DNA of 64,000 nucleotides from Thermoplasmata archaeon. Its GTDB lineage: Archaea; Thermoplasmatota; Thermoplasmata; Lutacidiplasmatales; UBA184. Position 1 is the first letter of the stretch. The number at the start of each line of letters is the position of its first letter. The notes beneath the pieces were generated by a model that saw only the letters and a list, made by a program, of their open reading frames with translations, was not told the DNA's origin and did no database searches. The position numbers were made by a program, and so were the translations under genes. The DNA lies in contig DATEQS010000007.1 in the NCBI GenBank assembly GCA_035272385.1, positions 35,218 to 99,217 on the forward strand. Direction: 5' to 3'. This document shows, piece by piece, positions 52,831-62,387 of this stretch.

Positions 52831-53781
52831 TCAGTGGACCTTGGGGACGGGGGTGGCATCGACCGCGCTCCGAACGATGTCCGTTCCGCGCACCCCGCGG
52901 ATCCACGGCTCCGGCTTCACGATGACCCGATGCGCGAGCGCGGGGATCGCGAACCCCTTGACGTCGTCGGGAACGACGAAGTCCCGGCCCTCGAGCAGCG
53001 CCCGGGCCCGGGAAAGCTTCTGGAGCGCGAGCGAACCCCGCGGGGACGCCCCCACCTCGGCGCGCGCGTCGCGCCGGGTCGAGCGGACCAGCTCCACGAT
53101 GTAGTCGGTGAGGCTCGAGTCGAGGGTGATCTCCTCCACGGCGCGCTGCAGCCCGAGGAAAGTGGTCGCGTCCGCGACCTTCGGGACGTCGACGTTCTCG
53201 ACCTTGCGGATCCGGCGTCGTTCGAGGATCGTCCGCTCCTCCTCCGGCGTGGGGTAGCCGATCTGCAAGCGGATGAGGAATCGGTCCACCTGGGCCTCGG
53301 GAAGCGGGTAGGTGCCTTCGAGCTCGAGCGGGTTCTCCGTCGCGAGGACCAGGAACGGTCGCAGGAGCGGGTACGTCGACCGCTCGCTCGTCACCTGGTA
53401 CTCCTGCATCGCCTCGAGCAGCGAGGACTGCACCTTGGGCGGCGCCCGATTGATCTCGTCCGCGAGCAGCACGTTCGTGAAGATGGGACCCTGGCGGAAG
53501 GAGAACCCACCCTTCTCGGCGTCCAGCACCTCCCCGCCCGTGATGTCGTGCGGAAGGAGGTCCGCGGTGAACTGCACGCGCTGGAAGCCGAGCCCGAGCG
53601 CGGCGGCGAACGACTTCGCGAGCAGGGTCTTTCCGAGGCCGGGCAGGTCCTCAAGCAGGATGTGACCGTCCGAGACCAGCGCGGTCAGCACCTGCTCGAG
53701 CGCGACGTCCCGACCCACGACCGCCGTGTGCACCGCTTCGCGGATCCGGTCGGCGAGCGCCCGGGCCTCGGTCGGGTTCAC
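52831..53781 (-). CDS. MoxR-family AAA+ ATPase (AAA_3)
   Basis: Walker A LEDLPGLGKT, Walker B LLADEINRAPPK, and MoxR-type length and ending. Confidence 0.9.
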   Translation of the reverse strand: MNPTEARALADRIREAVHTAVVGRDVALEQVLTALVSDGHILLEDLPGLGKTLLAKSFAAALGLGFQRVQFTADLLPHDITGGEVLDAEKGGFSFRQGPIFTNVLLADEINRAPPKVQSSLLEAMQEYQVTSERSTYPLLRPFLVLATENPLELEGTYPLPEAQVDRFLIRLQIGYPTPEEERTILERRRIRKVENVDVPKVADATTFLGLQRAVEEITLDSSLTDYIVELVRSTRRDARAEVGASPRGSLALQKLSRARALLEGRDFVVPDDVKGFAIPALAHRVIVKPEPWIRGVRGTDIVRSAVDATPVPKVH

Positions 53782-54067
53782 GATGTTCCCTCTCGCGAAG
53801 GACGGTTCGGAGGGTATATGGAGAACCCCCCGGAATCGGGGCGCGCCCAGAGTCCGGCGGCGCAGGATGTTCCCCGGCCGTAACGACCTCCCTCACGGTA
53901 GGCGCACGCCCTCTCCGGGGTCTGACCCCGGCCGGGGGTGTCGGACACCGGGGTTGTCCTCACGTCATCCTCGGCGGACGACCCGTCCGCGTTGAGTCGA
54001 GAGGGACCCTTCGTCGGTACCCGGGCGCAGCGATGCCGCGCCGAGAGAGGTACCCGCGGCTCCCGTA

Positions 54068-54595
54068 TCAGCTTCTCGCCTCCTCCCGGTCGAAGACCGT
54101 CGGGCTCCCGACCAGGAAGGCGACGGCGGCCAGCGTGAGCGCGAGGAGGCCGCCGGCGACCCCGAGCGGGACCGCCCCGGCGGGCAGGAAGAGCGCGCTC
54201 GACCAGGCGATCCCGAGGGCGAGCGCGGGCAGCGTGATGGTCGGCAGCGCCCGGAGAGCCCCTCCGGCGGGTCGGGCGGGGTCGTCGGCCAGCCAGGCGA
54301 GGAACGAGAGGCCCGCGAGCCCCGCGAGAAGCTCGGTTCCGAAACCGACCGGGGCCGTCGCGGCCTCGATGGCGAGGGCGGTCAGCGCCGGGACGGGCGC
54401 GTACGGCGCGAGGACGCGGGAGGAACTCATCCGGAGTCCCGTGGCCACGAGGACCGCCGCGATCGCGAGAATCAGCCCGAATCCGTTGGGGAAGCCCGAG
54501 AGGTAGCCGAGGAACGCGGCGGAGACGAAGAGAAGACCGAGCGATACCGGGCGAACCGGCGGGCTTTCGGCCCGCGGAGACGGAACCGGGGTCAT
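54068..54595 (-). CDS. Hypothetical polytopic membrane protein (MoxR-module member)
   Basis: The ATG at 54595 overlaps the DUF58 stop (ATGA). Ala/Leu/Gly-rich TM segments. Confidence 0.5.
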   Translation of the reverse strand: MTPVPSPRAESPPVRPVSLGLLFVSAAFLGYLSGFPNGFGLILAIAAVLVATGLRMSSSRVLAPYAPVPALTALAIEAATAPVGFGTELLAGLAGLSFLAWLADDPARPAGGALRALPTITLPALALGIAWSSALFLPAGAVPLGVAGGLLALTLAAVAFLVGSPTVFDREEARS

Positions 54596-55881
54596 CCGGC
54601 CCTCCGGATGCGCGGCCGCCGGACGAAGTCGACGAACTGTCCGAGGGACCAATAGTCGTCCCAGTCGATGGTCGGGGCTTCCTGCCAGGCCCGAGCGATC
54701 CGATTGCGCCGTACGAGCCGGGCGATCCGGGCGGCCAACTCTTCGTCCTTCCCCGTGAGCCGGGACATCGTGGCGACGATCGGCAGGGGCGATGGGCTGA
54801 GCACCACGACGGGGAATCCTCGACGCCGCAGGTACGGGCTCAAATCGTTCGACGGGTCGTACGCGAGACTCGAGAAGACGACCGTAGTGAGACCGGGGGG
54901 GAACGACCGTCGGGCCGCCACGGCGCAGCGCTCCGCGGGGGCGGCGACCGTGGCGAGATGGGCTCGCTTGAGGGCCGTCTCGATGCGGATCCGATGGGTC
55001 CGTCCCGTGGCGAGCGGGACGACGTCCAGGAATTCGCCGAATATCCCGAGCCCGACCCGTGCCTTAATCGTCAGGAAGGAGTCACTGAGACCCAAGGCCG
55101 CCGCCCGGACGATCGAGAAGAGGCGCTCGTCCAAGGCCGGCCCAAGCGGCGTCGGTCGGGCGTCGAGAAGGATCAGGATATCCCCGGTCTTTTCGAGGTC
55201 GTACTCGTTCGCGAGCGGTCGACCCGCGCGGGCGGTGGCGCGCCAGTTGATCTGCCGAGGGGAGTCGTCCGGCCGCGCGAGGCGGATGCCGTGGAATTCT
55301 CCGCTCTCCCCGACCCGGCGGGAATGGGTCTCCCCCGGGAGGGGCGTGGTGCGTTCGAGATGGACCGCACCGATCCGCAGGAGCTCGGGCGGATAGCGCG
55401 TCACCACGAGAGGAGCGCCGGTCGAGACCGCCTCCCGTTCCACCAGACCCATCGGGTCCCGCCAGAGCACGATCGGCACGTCGATCTCGGCGATCGTCGG
55501 CTCCGGAGCGGTCCAGTTCGCGCGGAACCGCTGCTCGGTAAACGACCGGTCGAATTGAGGGTCCGACGCCTCGAGCAGGCTCGGGGGACGAGCGATCTCG
55601 ATCAAGAGGTCGCGGGCATCAAGGCCCCGGTCCGGCGCGACCGTTCCCTCGAACCGTACCTCCTCTCCCGAGCCCTCGACCAATAGGTCGATCCGGACCG
55701 GCGGAGCGCTGCGGGGACCGGCGACCCCGGCCGCGACCGGCGCGAGCAAGAGCGGGAGGGCGAGGAACAGGGGGACCGGATTTCGGGTGATGACCGCAGT
55801 GAGGAGCAAGACGGCTCCGACCGCGAGCAGGAACGGGGCGAGCGGGCGCCATCGGAGCGGCCGAGAGGGGGGACCGCTCAC
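54592..55881 (-). CDS. DUF58 (vWA-like) protein with N-terminal TM segments
   Basis: DUF58 core (GEFHGIRLARPDDSPRQINWRATAR...ILILLDARP), the typical MoxR partner. Confidence 0.75.
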   Translation of the reverse strand: MSGPPSRPLRWRPLAPFLLAVGAVLLLTAVITRNPVPLFLALPLLLAPVAAGVAGPRSAPPVRIDLLVEGSGEEVRFEGTVAPDRGLDARDLLIEIARPPSLLEASDPQFDRSFTEQRFRANWTAPEPTIAEIDVPIVLWRDPMGLVEREAVSTGAPLVVTRYPPELLRIGAVHLERTTPLPGETHSRRVGESGEFHGIRLARPDDSPRQINWRATARAGRPLANEYDLEKTGDILILLDARPTPLGPALDERLFSIVRAAALGLSDSFLTIKARVGLGIFGEFLDVVPLATGRTHRIRIETALKRAHLATVAAPAERCAVAARRSFPPGLTTVVFSSLAYDPSNDLSPYLRRRGFPVVVLSPSPLPIVATMSRLTGKDEELAARIARLVRRNRIARAWQEAPTIDWDDYWSLGQFVDFVRRPRIRRAG

Positions 55882-56282
55882 GTCCGCCTCTCAAGGTCGC
55901 TCACGCGCTCCCCGAGATACGCCCGGAACTTTTCCGGACCCAGGGCTTGAAGGCGAACGAGTTCCTCGGGAGAACTGCTCGCGAGATGCCGTCCGTGTTC
56001 GGCCCGGTCGAGGTAGTCGAGCAGGGTGATGAGCTCCCTCCGGCCGTCCGCCCCGGCCGCGAGCGAAGCGCGGACGTGGCCCGGGTCCGGCGGCGGGCTC
56101 GGAGTGGGTCTTCCGGCGGGCCAGCGGGTCCGCTCCACGACCCCGACGAGCAGGAGCGCTCCCGCCGCGACCGAAACGGAAGCTTCCGGGAGAACGAGGG
56201 CCTCGTTCGTCCCCGCCACGACCGCACCGGCGGCCGCGAGGATCGCCACGACGCACAGGAGGACGGTCAGGCCCCGGCTCAT
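55878..56282 (-). CDS. Small membrane-anchored protein (MoxR-module member)
   Basis: 134 aa starting at the ATG at 56282. 4-nt overlaps with both neighbouring genes. Confidence 0.5.
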   Translation of the reverse strand: MSRGLTVLLCVVAILAAAGAVVAGTNEALVLPEASVSVAAGALLLVGVVERTRWPAGRPTPSPPPDPGHVRASLAAGADGRRELITLLDYLDRAEHGRHLASSSPEELVRLQALGPEKFRAYLGERVSDLERRT

Positions 56283-57190
56283 GCGGGGAAATCCTGTCGG
56301 TCGAGGTCGTCGAGCGTCATCCGAACGGCCTCCCGGACCCGAGTGCCCGCTTCGGGCCCCATCGGGTGGGTGGAATACCGGGCCTCCTCGAACAGGCGGG
56401 TGAGCGTCCCCGCCGCCTCCGGCCGGACGCGGAAGCGGATCAGGTGAGCCGCGCGGATCTCCTCCGGAGTGCTGGTCTCGATGTCGCTGACCATCGGTCG
56501 CAATCGCTCGAGGAGCTCGGAGTAGAGGGCAAGGATGACGAGACGCGGGTCCCCACCGAGGTCGAGCTCCGCGGACGCGCGGCTCAAGGCCTCGTGCACG
56601 CCGACGGGTACCGTTGCGGTCGGGGCGCGTCGGGAGGGGCGGCGTTCGCGTCGGTCGGCGAGGTAGGCCCGGGCCTGGGGAACCAGGACGACGACCACCA
56701 CCAGCGCTACCAAGCCCAGAACAACGATCGGAACCCAGCCGGGGAGGCTCGGGAAGAGCGAGAGATACCCTCCCGAACCGGGCGAACCTGTTCCCGTTGC
56801 GTTCGCGCCGGCCGACGAGTTCGAGCTCCCGGAGGTGGCCGTAGAATTCGTGCCGACCGGTCCTCCGACGCCGAGGAAGCGGGCCGCGAGGACGAAGACG
56901 ATCCCGATCAGGACCGCTACGAGGACGGACACGGTGATCTTGCTCATCATCGGGTTCGAGCCCGAACTGACCCGCCAGAGCACCATGCTCGCGAGGACGA
57001 ACAATAGGATTCCCGTCGACGCGGCACTGACCACCCACAGAGGGAGGATGACGAGGGGCGCCGGGCCGGGCGAGGCGGGAGGAGCGGTCGAGGCACTGAC
57101 GAGGATGCTGGCCGCGGCCCCCGTCGCGAGGGCGGCCACGAGGACGACCAGGAGCACCCAGGAGACGCGCGCTGCGGGTGGGTTCGTCAC
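56279..57190 (-). CDS. Membrane protein with a C-terminal DUF4129-like domain
   Basis: C-terminal STPEEIRAAHLIRF...LTRLFEEARYSTHP matches the DUF4129 pattern. Several TM segments and a Ser/Gly/Asn-rich loop. Confidence 0.6.
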   Translation of the reverse strand: MTNPPAARVSWVLLVVLVAALATGAAASILVSASTAPPASPGPAPLVILPLWVVSAASTGILLFVLASMVLWRVSSGSNPMMSKITVSVLVAVLIGIVFVLAARFLGVGGPVGTNSTATSGSSNSSAGANATGTGSPGSGGYLSLFPSLPGWVPIVVLGLVALVVVVVLVPQARAYLADRRERRPSRRAPTATVPVGVHEALSRASAELDLGGDPRLVILALYSELLERLRPMVSDIETSTPEEIRAAHLIRFRVRPEAAGTLTRLFEEARYSTHPMGPEAGTRVREAVRMTLDDLDRQDFPA

Positions 57191-57229
57191 GGTCGTCCGA
57201 CCCCGACCGATGCGATGCCCGATGCGACC

Positions 57230-58129
57230 TTATACGCTTGGGGCGGAGGGCGGCGTGCTCTCTGCGCTTTCCTTTGGGGCCGGCGACAGGAAGTAGAAGC
57301 TACGTCGCTCGTGGTCGGTCGTGATGACGGCGAAGTCGTCGACCCGGTACCCCACATCGAAGGCGGCCCGGAACCCGTCCCGGACGGCGTGTCGCCACAT
57401 TCGGAGGGCCGCGGGCTCGTGTTCCTGGACCGCCCGAAGGTCGAACGGGATCTCGAGGTGGGCGGGGCCGGTGCTGGGTTCGGCGACCGCGCTCGGCGTC
57501 CGCAGGCCCTTGTCGCCCACCTCGGTCTCCACAATCGCGGTCGAGCGTTCCCAACGCGCGCGCTCCTCCTCGGCGGTCGGGAACTTGCCTCCGACCCGCT
57601 CCTCGACCCGCGGGGACGTGATCTCCCAGCGCAGACGCAGCCGGTCGGTCTCCATGCCGCGGTTGATGGAGTCGGGCATCTGTCCGTAGTAGTGGATGAG
57701 GTAGCGGTCCGGGGTGCCGCCCAAGCGACGTACGTTGAGCCAGGCGTTACGGCTCTGCAGCGGGTCGAACGTCCAGCGGATCTGGGAGAGGCCGAGCTTG
57801 AGCACCTCTTCGCGTTGGAAGGCCTTGAGCCGGAATCCTAACTGGTGGTTTTGGTACTCGGGTCGGACCGCGGTGATGTGCGAGTAGTGGTAGAGGGTCG
57901 TCCCGTCCCAGCCGATCAGGGAGAGGGAGAACCCAGCGAGGTAGATGTCGGCGAACGCCCCGAGGACGAGGCCGCCGTTGTCCTGGAGGGCGCGCAGCAG
58001 AGTGACCGGCACCCCTTCGTCGCCCCAGACCGCCCGGTGCACGTCGAGCAGTTGGCGGAACTCCTCGGGCTTCTCGAGCTTGCGGAACCGGAACCCTTTG
58101 ACCTCGCCACTGACGCCGGCCGCGCTCAC
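57230..58129 (-). CDS. GNAT-fold protein (COG3375-like, tentative)
   Basis: The GTG at 58129 was chosen because no start exists upstream within the intergenic region. Sequence LGAFADIYLAGFS...TAVRPEYQNHQLGFRLKAFQRE is GNAT-like. Confidence 0.45.
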   Translation of the reverse strand: MSAAGVSGEVKGFRFRKLEKPEEFRQLLDVHRAVWGDEGVPVTLLRALQDNGGLVLGAFADIYLAGFSLSLIGWDGTTLYHYSHITAVRPEYQNHQLGFRLKAFQREEVLKLGLSQIRWTFDPLQSRNAWLNVRRLGGTPDRYLIHYYGQMPDSINRGMETDRLRLRWEITSPRVEERVGGKFPTAEEERARWERSTAIVETEVGDKGLRTPSAVAEPSTGPAHLEIPFDLRAVQEHEPAALRMWRHAVRDGFRAAFDVGYRVDDFAVITTDHERRSFYFLSPAPKESAESTPPSAPSV

Positions 58130-58185
58130 GGGGGCGAGGACCGGCTCGCGGTACTTAACCCGGCCGAAGCGCCGGGGCCCGGCGT

Positions 58186-58608
58186 CTAGTGGCGGACCTT
58201 GAGCTCCGAGCGCTTCGCCTCGTAGCGGAGCTCGTCGTTGGGCGTCAAGTCCCAGAGGAGGTCTTCCAAGTCGGGGATGTTCCGCAGGAACTCCGCCTTG
58301 CTCTTCGTGAGCATCAGGTGCTCGAACTTGCGGCGGGCGATGAAGTAAGCCCCGACCATGTAGATGCCCACGATCACGATGATCGGTCCGATGATGACGA
58401 AGAGGAGGTTGTAGTTCGCGTTCGGGGTATTCGTCGCGCTGTTGATCACCGGGAACGGACCGATGCTCGAGAGCGGGGTGAAGAACCCGGCGGCGAGGAC
58501 GGTGAGGAGGGCGCCGACCGCCAGAACGAAGATCGAGACCTCCGCCCGATACGTCCTCAGCCCGTGGCGGAAGCGGCGTTCGAACGGAACTTTCTCCTCG
58601 GCGGCCAT
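58186..58608 (-). CDS. Hypothetical membrane protein (2 TM)
   Basis: 140 aa. No family recognised with confidence. Confidence 0.45.
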   Translation of the reverse strand: MAAEEKVPFERRFRHGLRTYRAEVSIFVLAVGALLTVLAAGFFTPLSSIGPFPVINSATNTPNANYNLLFVIIGPIIVIVGIYMVGAYFIARRKFEHLMLTKSKAEFLRNIPDLEDLLWDLTPNDELRYEAKRSELKVRH

Positions 58609-58680
58609 TCCGGCGGCGGGAGGCGGTTTGGCTCAAAAGCGTATCTCGACCGCCGCCGGGCGGGGAGCGGGCGGTCGGTA

Positions 58681-59469
58681 TCACTCGCCGCCGCGGGGCG
58701 GCTTCGCGTCGGGGAGCGATTCGGAGCTTCGGGTCCGACCGAACGCGAGGGGCTCTTCGGGGGTCGGGGGCTTCGGCCCGGCCGAGGGGGCCGGCACGTT
58801 TTCGAGGATCGGCCGCAGTCGACGGTAGACCAGCAACGCGCCGAAGAGCGCCACGAGCGCACCGACGTAGCCGGTCGCCTCTCCTCCGATGTACCCCACG
58901 CCGAGGAGGAAGAACCCGATGGAGCCGAACAACGCCCCCGCGAGGACCCCACCCCCGGTCCGGCCGCTCGAGGCCGACGGAGGGAGCGAGAGGAACGACC
59001 CCGCCACCTGGAGCGCCACCACGGCCATCGACTCGAGGAGCACGAGGGCGGTGCCGTCGATCGTGATCGTGGGGTTGCTCAGGTACTGGGACACGAGCGC
59101 GAGCGAGATGATCCCGCCGATCGCGGCGCGATAGCCCGTGACGTAGAACGGGCGCGCCGGCTCCGACCCCCAGTACTTGGTGCGAAGGAGCGCCCACTGC
59201 GCCGCTTCGTCCCCTCCGACGAGGAGCGCAAGGAAGAGGAGGGCGCTCAGGAGCGCCCCGTTCGCCATCGAGAGCTCGAACAGAACGAAGGCGATCGCGA
59301 GCGGGATCCCGACGAACAGGCCGGCGGTATAGGCGAAGAGCACCTTGCGCTCGTCAAAGCGAGTGACCGGTACCTGGGGCTCCGCGAACCGGCCGACCTC
59401 GAAGTAGAGGAACGCGCCCGAGAGGACGACCCCGACGATCGCGCCGATCGTGAGCGATGCGATGACCAT
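58681..59469 (-). CDS. Hypothetical polytopic membrane protein
   Basis: 262 aa from the ATG at 59469, 3 nt after the trmI stop. ~7 TM segments. Confidence 0.5.
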   Translation of the reverse strand: MVIASLTIGAIVGVVLSGAFLYFEVGRFAEPQVPVTRFDERKVLFAYTAGLFVGIPLAIAFVLFELSMANGALLSALLFLALLVGGDEAAQWALLRTKYWGSEPARPFYVTGYRAAIGGIISLALVSQYLSNPTITIDGTALVLLESMAVVALQVAGSFLSLPPSASSGRTGGGVLAGALFGSIGFFLLGVGYIGGEATGYVGALVALFGALLVYRRLRPILENVPAPSAGPKPPTPEEPLAFGRTRSSESLPDAKPPRGGE

Positions 59470-59471
59470 GG

Positions 59472-60260
59472 TCAGTCGACCCGGCGCCCCGTTGCGAGGA
59501 ACCCCGTGTGGCCGAGCATCTCGAAGGCGGGCCGGGTGCCCCCGTCCCCGACATGGAGACCACGCTCCAGGAGCTCGAGCGCCCGGACCTCGTCGAACCG
59601 CAGGTCTCTCAGCGCCCTTACGGTTCGTTCGAGCTGATTGTAGGTCGGAGTGTACGTCGCCACGAATCCTCCCGGCGCGAGCGCGAAGCGCGCCGACTCG
59701 AGCACCGCCCACGGTTCGGGCAGGTCCAGGACGACACTCGAAAGTCCGGTGGCATCCAGCCCTTCGGCCGCCACGTCCCGAAGACGGAAGGTGACACGGC
59801 CCTCGAGCCCGGCGCGTCGGACGTTCGCCCGGGCCGCTTCGAGGAAATCCTCGCGACGGTCGTAGGAGACGACCCGGCCGCTCGGACCCACCGCGAAGGC
59901 GAGCGCGATAGTGAGGGCCCCGCTCCCCGCCCCGGCCTCGGCGACCGTCGCTCCGGGACCGACCCCGGCGAGGAAAAGGAGCTGCGCCGCGTCCTTCGCG
60001 GTGACGATCTGCGCTCCTCGCCGAACCGAGCCGAGCAGGTCCGACAGCGAGGGCCGCAGGGCCCAGTACGTCGTCCCGAGCCAGGTGACGGCGCCCCCGG
60101 GGTTCTTTCCGAGCTCGCCCGAGAGGTCGAGCACCCCTTCCTCTCCGATCTTCTGCGGACCGCGGGCGAGCCGCACGAGGAGGGCCGGCGCTCCGGCCCG
60201 CTTGAGGGCTACCGTTTCGCCCTCTGCCCACGGCTCGCTCATGGTCCCGCCCGACGCCAC
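59472..60260 (-). CDS. trmI: tRNA (adenine-N1)-methyltransferase TrmI (Gcd14 family)
   Basis: SAM motif VAEAGAGSGALT and a Gcd14-like N-terminal beta domain. The start may be the ATG at 60242. Confidence 0.8.
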   Translation of the reverse strand: MASGGTMSEPWAEGETVALKRAGAPALLVRLARGPQKIGEEGVLDLSGELGKNPGGAVTWLGTTYWALRPSLSDLLGSVRRGAQIVTAKDAAQLLFLAGVGPGATVAEAGAGSGALTIALAFAVGPSGRVVSYDRREDFLEAARANVRRAGLEGRVTFRLRDVAAEGLDATGLSSVVLDLPEPWAVLESARFALAPGGFVATYTPTYNQLERTVRALRDLRFDEVRALELLERGLHVGDGGTRPAFEMLGHTGFLATGRRVD

Positions 60261-60359
60261 GAATCCCCTCGCGTAATAACCCGGCGCTCGGGAGCCCCTT
60301 CGTCCGACCGGCGTCGGTCGAGAACGCTCTTATGGGGAAGATCGTTCGAGACGACCACC

Positions 60360-60806
60360 ATGGTCGTCTACGAGGATCGGGTGCTGATCTCCGCTCCCCG
60401 GGACGTCGTCTGGCGACTTCTCAACGACCACCTGGACGACAAGAAGATCTCGACGATCCACCCTCTCGTCCAATCCCAGAACACGGTGAGCCGCACGGGT
60501 TCCGAGATCGTGGTCGACCGCGTGATCGACGTGCGACGCAAGATGATGAAGTCGCGCTGGAAGATCACCTACCTGCCTCCCGAGCGGGGACGATGGGAGG
60601 TCGTCGAGGGCGAGGGGCCCTGGGCCGTGGGAAGCTACGTCGACGTCATGTACGCGGACGTCCCCGGCGGCACGCAGGTCAGCGCCCGCGGGAATCTCAC
60701 GATCAGCGTGCTGCCGTTCTTCCTCTCGCAGAAACGGACCATCGCTCGCGTCCTGAACGACGTCCACATCGAGGACCTTTCGTTCCTCAACCGCTACCGC
60801 TTTTAG
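60360..60806 (+). CDS. SRPBCC superfamily protein
   Basis: 148 aa. ISAPRDVVWRLLNDH... is the typical SRPBCC N-terminus. Confidence 0.55.
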   Translation: MVVYEDRVLISAPRDVVWRLLNDHLDDKKISTIHPLVQSQNTVSRTGSEIVVDRVIDVRRKMMKSRWKITYLPPERGRWEVVEGEGPWAVGSYVDVMYADVPGGTQVSARGNLTISVLPFFLSQKRTIARVLNDVHIEDLSFLNRYRF

Positions 60807-60832
60807 TCGCGTTCCCACGGAGCGCCAGCGCC

Positions 60833-60840
60833 TTTAGATA
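60833..60840 (+). promoter_or_regulatory. TATA box (TTTAGATA) for tRNA-Gly
   Basis: Lies 25 nt upstream of the mature tRNA 5' end at 60865. Confidence 0.5.
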
Positions 60841-60864
60841 GAACGAGCAATGGCCCCCGGCGTC

Positions 60865-60938
60865 GCGGGCATAGTGTAGTCTGGTTATCACATAGGCTTG
60901 CCAAGCCTATAACTCGGGTTCAAATCCCGGTGCCCGCA
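60865..60938 (+). tRNA. tRNA-Gly (anticodon GCC)
   Basis: Manually folded cloverleaf: acceptor GCGGGCA/TGCCCGC; D stem GTGT/TCAC; anticodon stem TAGGC/GCCTA with loop TTGCCAA; T arm TCGGG-TTCAAAT-CCCGG; discriminator A. No encoded CCA and no intron. Confidence 0.85.
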
Positions 60939-61005
60939 CCTCCCCGCTCCGCCGGGATCCCGCCGGATCCGGAAGGCTTGGGCCCCCGTCCGCGTGGGTC
61001 CGTCC

Positions 61006-61506
61006 CTACCGGCGCTCGGGATGGTAGGCTTCCGACGCGAGACCCGGTACCTCGCCGCCCTTCCAGGTCGACCGGGGCCAACCGGAGGTGGTCGGCGAAG
61101 CGAGCCGGATCGCGATCCGAGAGAGCTCCGAGATCCACTCCGCCCGGAGGGCCTCGTCGAGCGGAACCTCCCGCACTTCCGCGATCTCGGGCGGTCGGGC
61201 CGCCGGTTCCCCGTCGGTGGACTCGAGGGCGAAGGCGAAGTAGACGTCGCTCTGGAGTTCGTCGACGACCTTGTGGCGGGTCAGGAGAAGCCGACCGACG
61301 CGCACGGCCAGGCCGGTCTCCTCCTCGAGTTCTCGTACCAGCGCCCCCTCGAGCGTCTCTCCCGGGTCGACGTAGCCGCTCGGGATCGTGAACCGGGTCC
61401 GGTACACCGCCCGGTTCACGAGGACCCGGCCGTGGCGGACCAGCACTCCGCCCACGCCCACCCGGGTGTGGGGTGCCGGCAGCGGGGGAAAAGGCGGGGT
61501 GGACAC
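61006..61506 (-). CDS. Nudix hydrolase
   Basis: Nudix box GYVDPGETLEGALVRELEEETGL. The GTG at 61506 was chosen because the track ORF extension overlaps the DUF169 gene. Confidence 0.8.
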   Translation of the reverse strand: MSTPPFPPLPAPHTRVGVGGVLVRHGRVLVNRAVYRTRFTIPSGYVDPGETLEGALVRELEEETGLAVRVGRLLLTRHKVVDELQSDVYFAFALESTDGEPAARPPEIAEVREVPLDEALRAEWISELSRIAIRLASPTTSGWPRSTWKGGEVPGLASEAYHPERR

Positions 61507-61532
61507 CGTTCGCCGAGAGGTGCGGGTGGCCT

Positions 61533-62291
61533 TCAGCCCTTCGAAGGGCGTGGGACCGGGGACTTCCCGCTCGCGTGGAACGGCGCGGAGGACTTCGCCT
61601 TGCGGGCGGAGTCTTCCGAGCTCACGAACTCGTTCGCGTGCACGACCCGGTCGAGCTTCTTCATGAACGCGCCCAAGCGGTCGCCCTTCACGCCGACGAC
61701 CATCTTGTCCGCGCCGATGTCCGTGTAGATCCTCGACCCGACACATCCGAGCGATACGGCGACCGGGGCGCCCTGGTTCAGGATCGGCACGATCGCGCAC
61801 ATCGGTCGTCCGTTCATCGGCACGGCCCAGGTATCCGGACCGGAGCCGGCCGCCTCGGCCGCCAGCATGGCGCCGCGCGGGTTCGTGAACATGAGGACGG
61901 TGGTCGGAGCGAGCGACATCGACCCGAGCGGTCCGTAGGCGACGTACTTCGGCGCGGTCGCGTTGTGCGGGACCTTCGCCTCCTCGCCCGGATTGAGGTA
62001 GCCCTCCTTCTGCATCTCCCCGATCGTGGCCATTAGACGGCCGCCGACCGCGCCTTCGGGCGGGATCCCGAGGACGAACGCGCCGATTTCGCAGTCCTCG
62101 TGCTGCGGGAGCCCGGCGTAGAACGCCGAGCGGGTACCGAACGCGAAGAACGTGCAGACCGAGGGGACTCCGCCCGGGTGCTCCGGGATCCCCTTCGGCG
62201 GGTGGTCGAGGTAGGTGATCTGCACCGGAGGCATCTCGAGTCCCAACTCCCGCGTCAGCTGCTCGGCGACGGTACGAAGATCCTCAGTCAT
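61533..62291 (-). CDS. DUF169 family protein
   Basis: 252 aa. The pattern (SVCTFF...EDCEIGAFVLG...PMCAIVP) matches DUF169. Confidence 0.7.
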   Translation of the reverse strand: MTEDLRTVAEQLTRELGLEMPPVQITYLDHPPKGIPEHPGGVPSVCTFFAFGTRSAFYAGLPQHEDCEIGAFVLGIPPEGAVGGRLMATIGEMQKEGYLNPGEEAKVPHNATAPKYVAYGPLGSMSLAPTTVLMFTNPRGAMLAAEAAGSGPDTWAVPMNGRPMCAIVPILNQGAPVAVSLGCVGSRIYTDIGADKMVVGVKGDRLGAFMKKLDRVVHANEFVSSEDSARKAKSSAPFHASGKSPVPRPSKG

Positions 62292-62387
62292 GGGTTCCTC
62301 GATGCGCCGAAACCGAGGGAGTATAGATGCTTGCTTGAGGGACGGGGCGGGACGACCTCTGGGAGCAGGGGGCGGGTCACCGCGATC

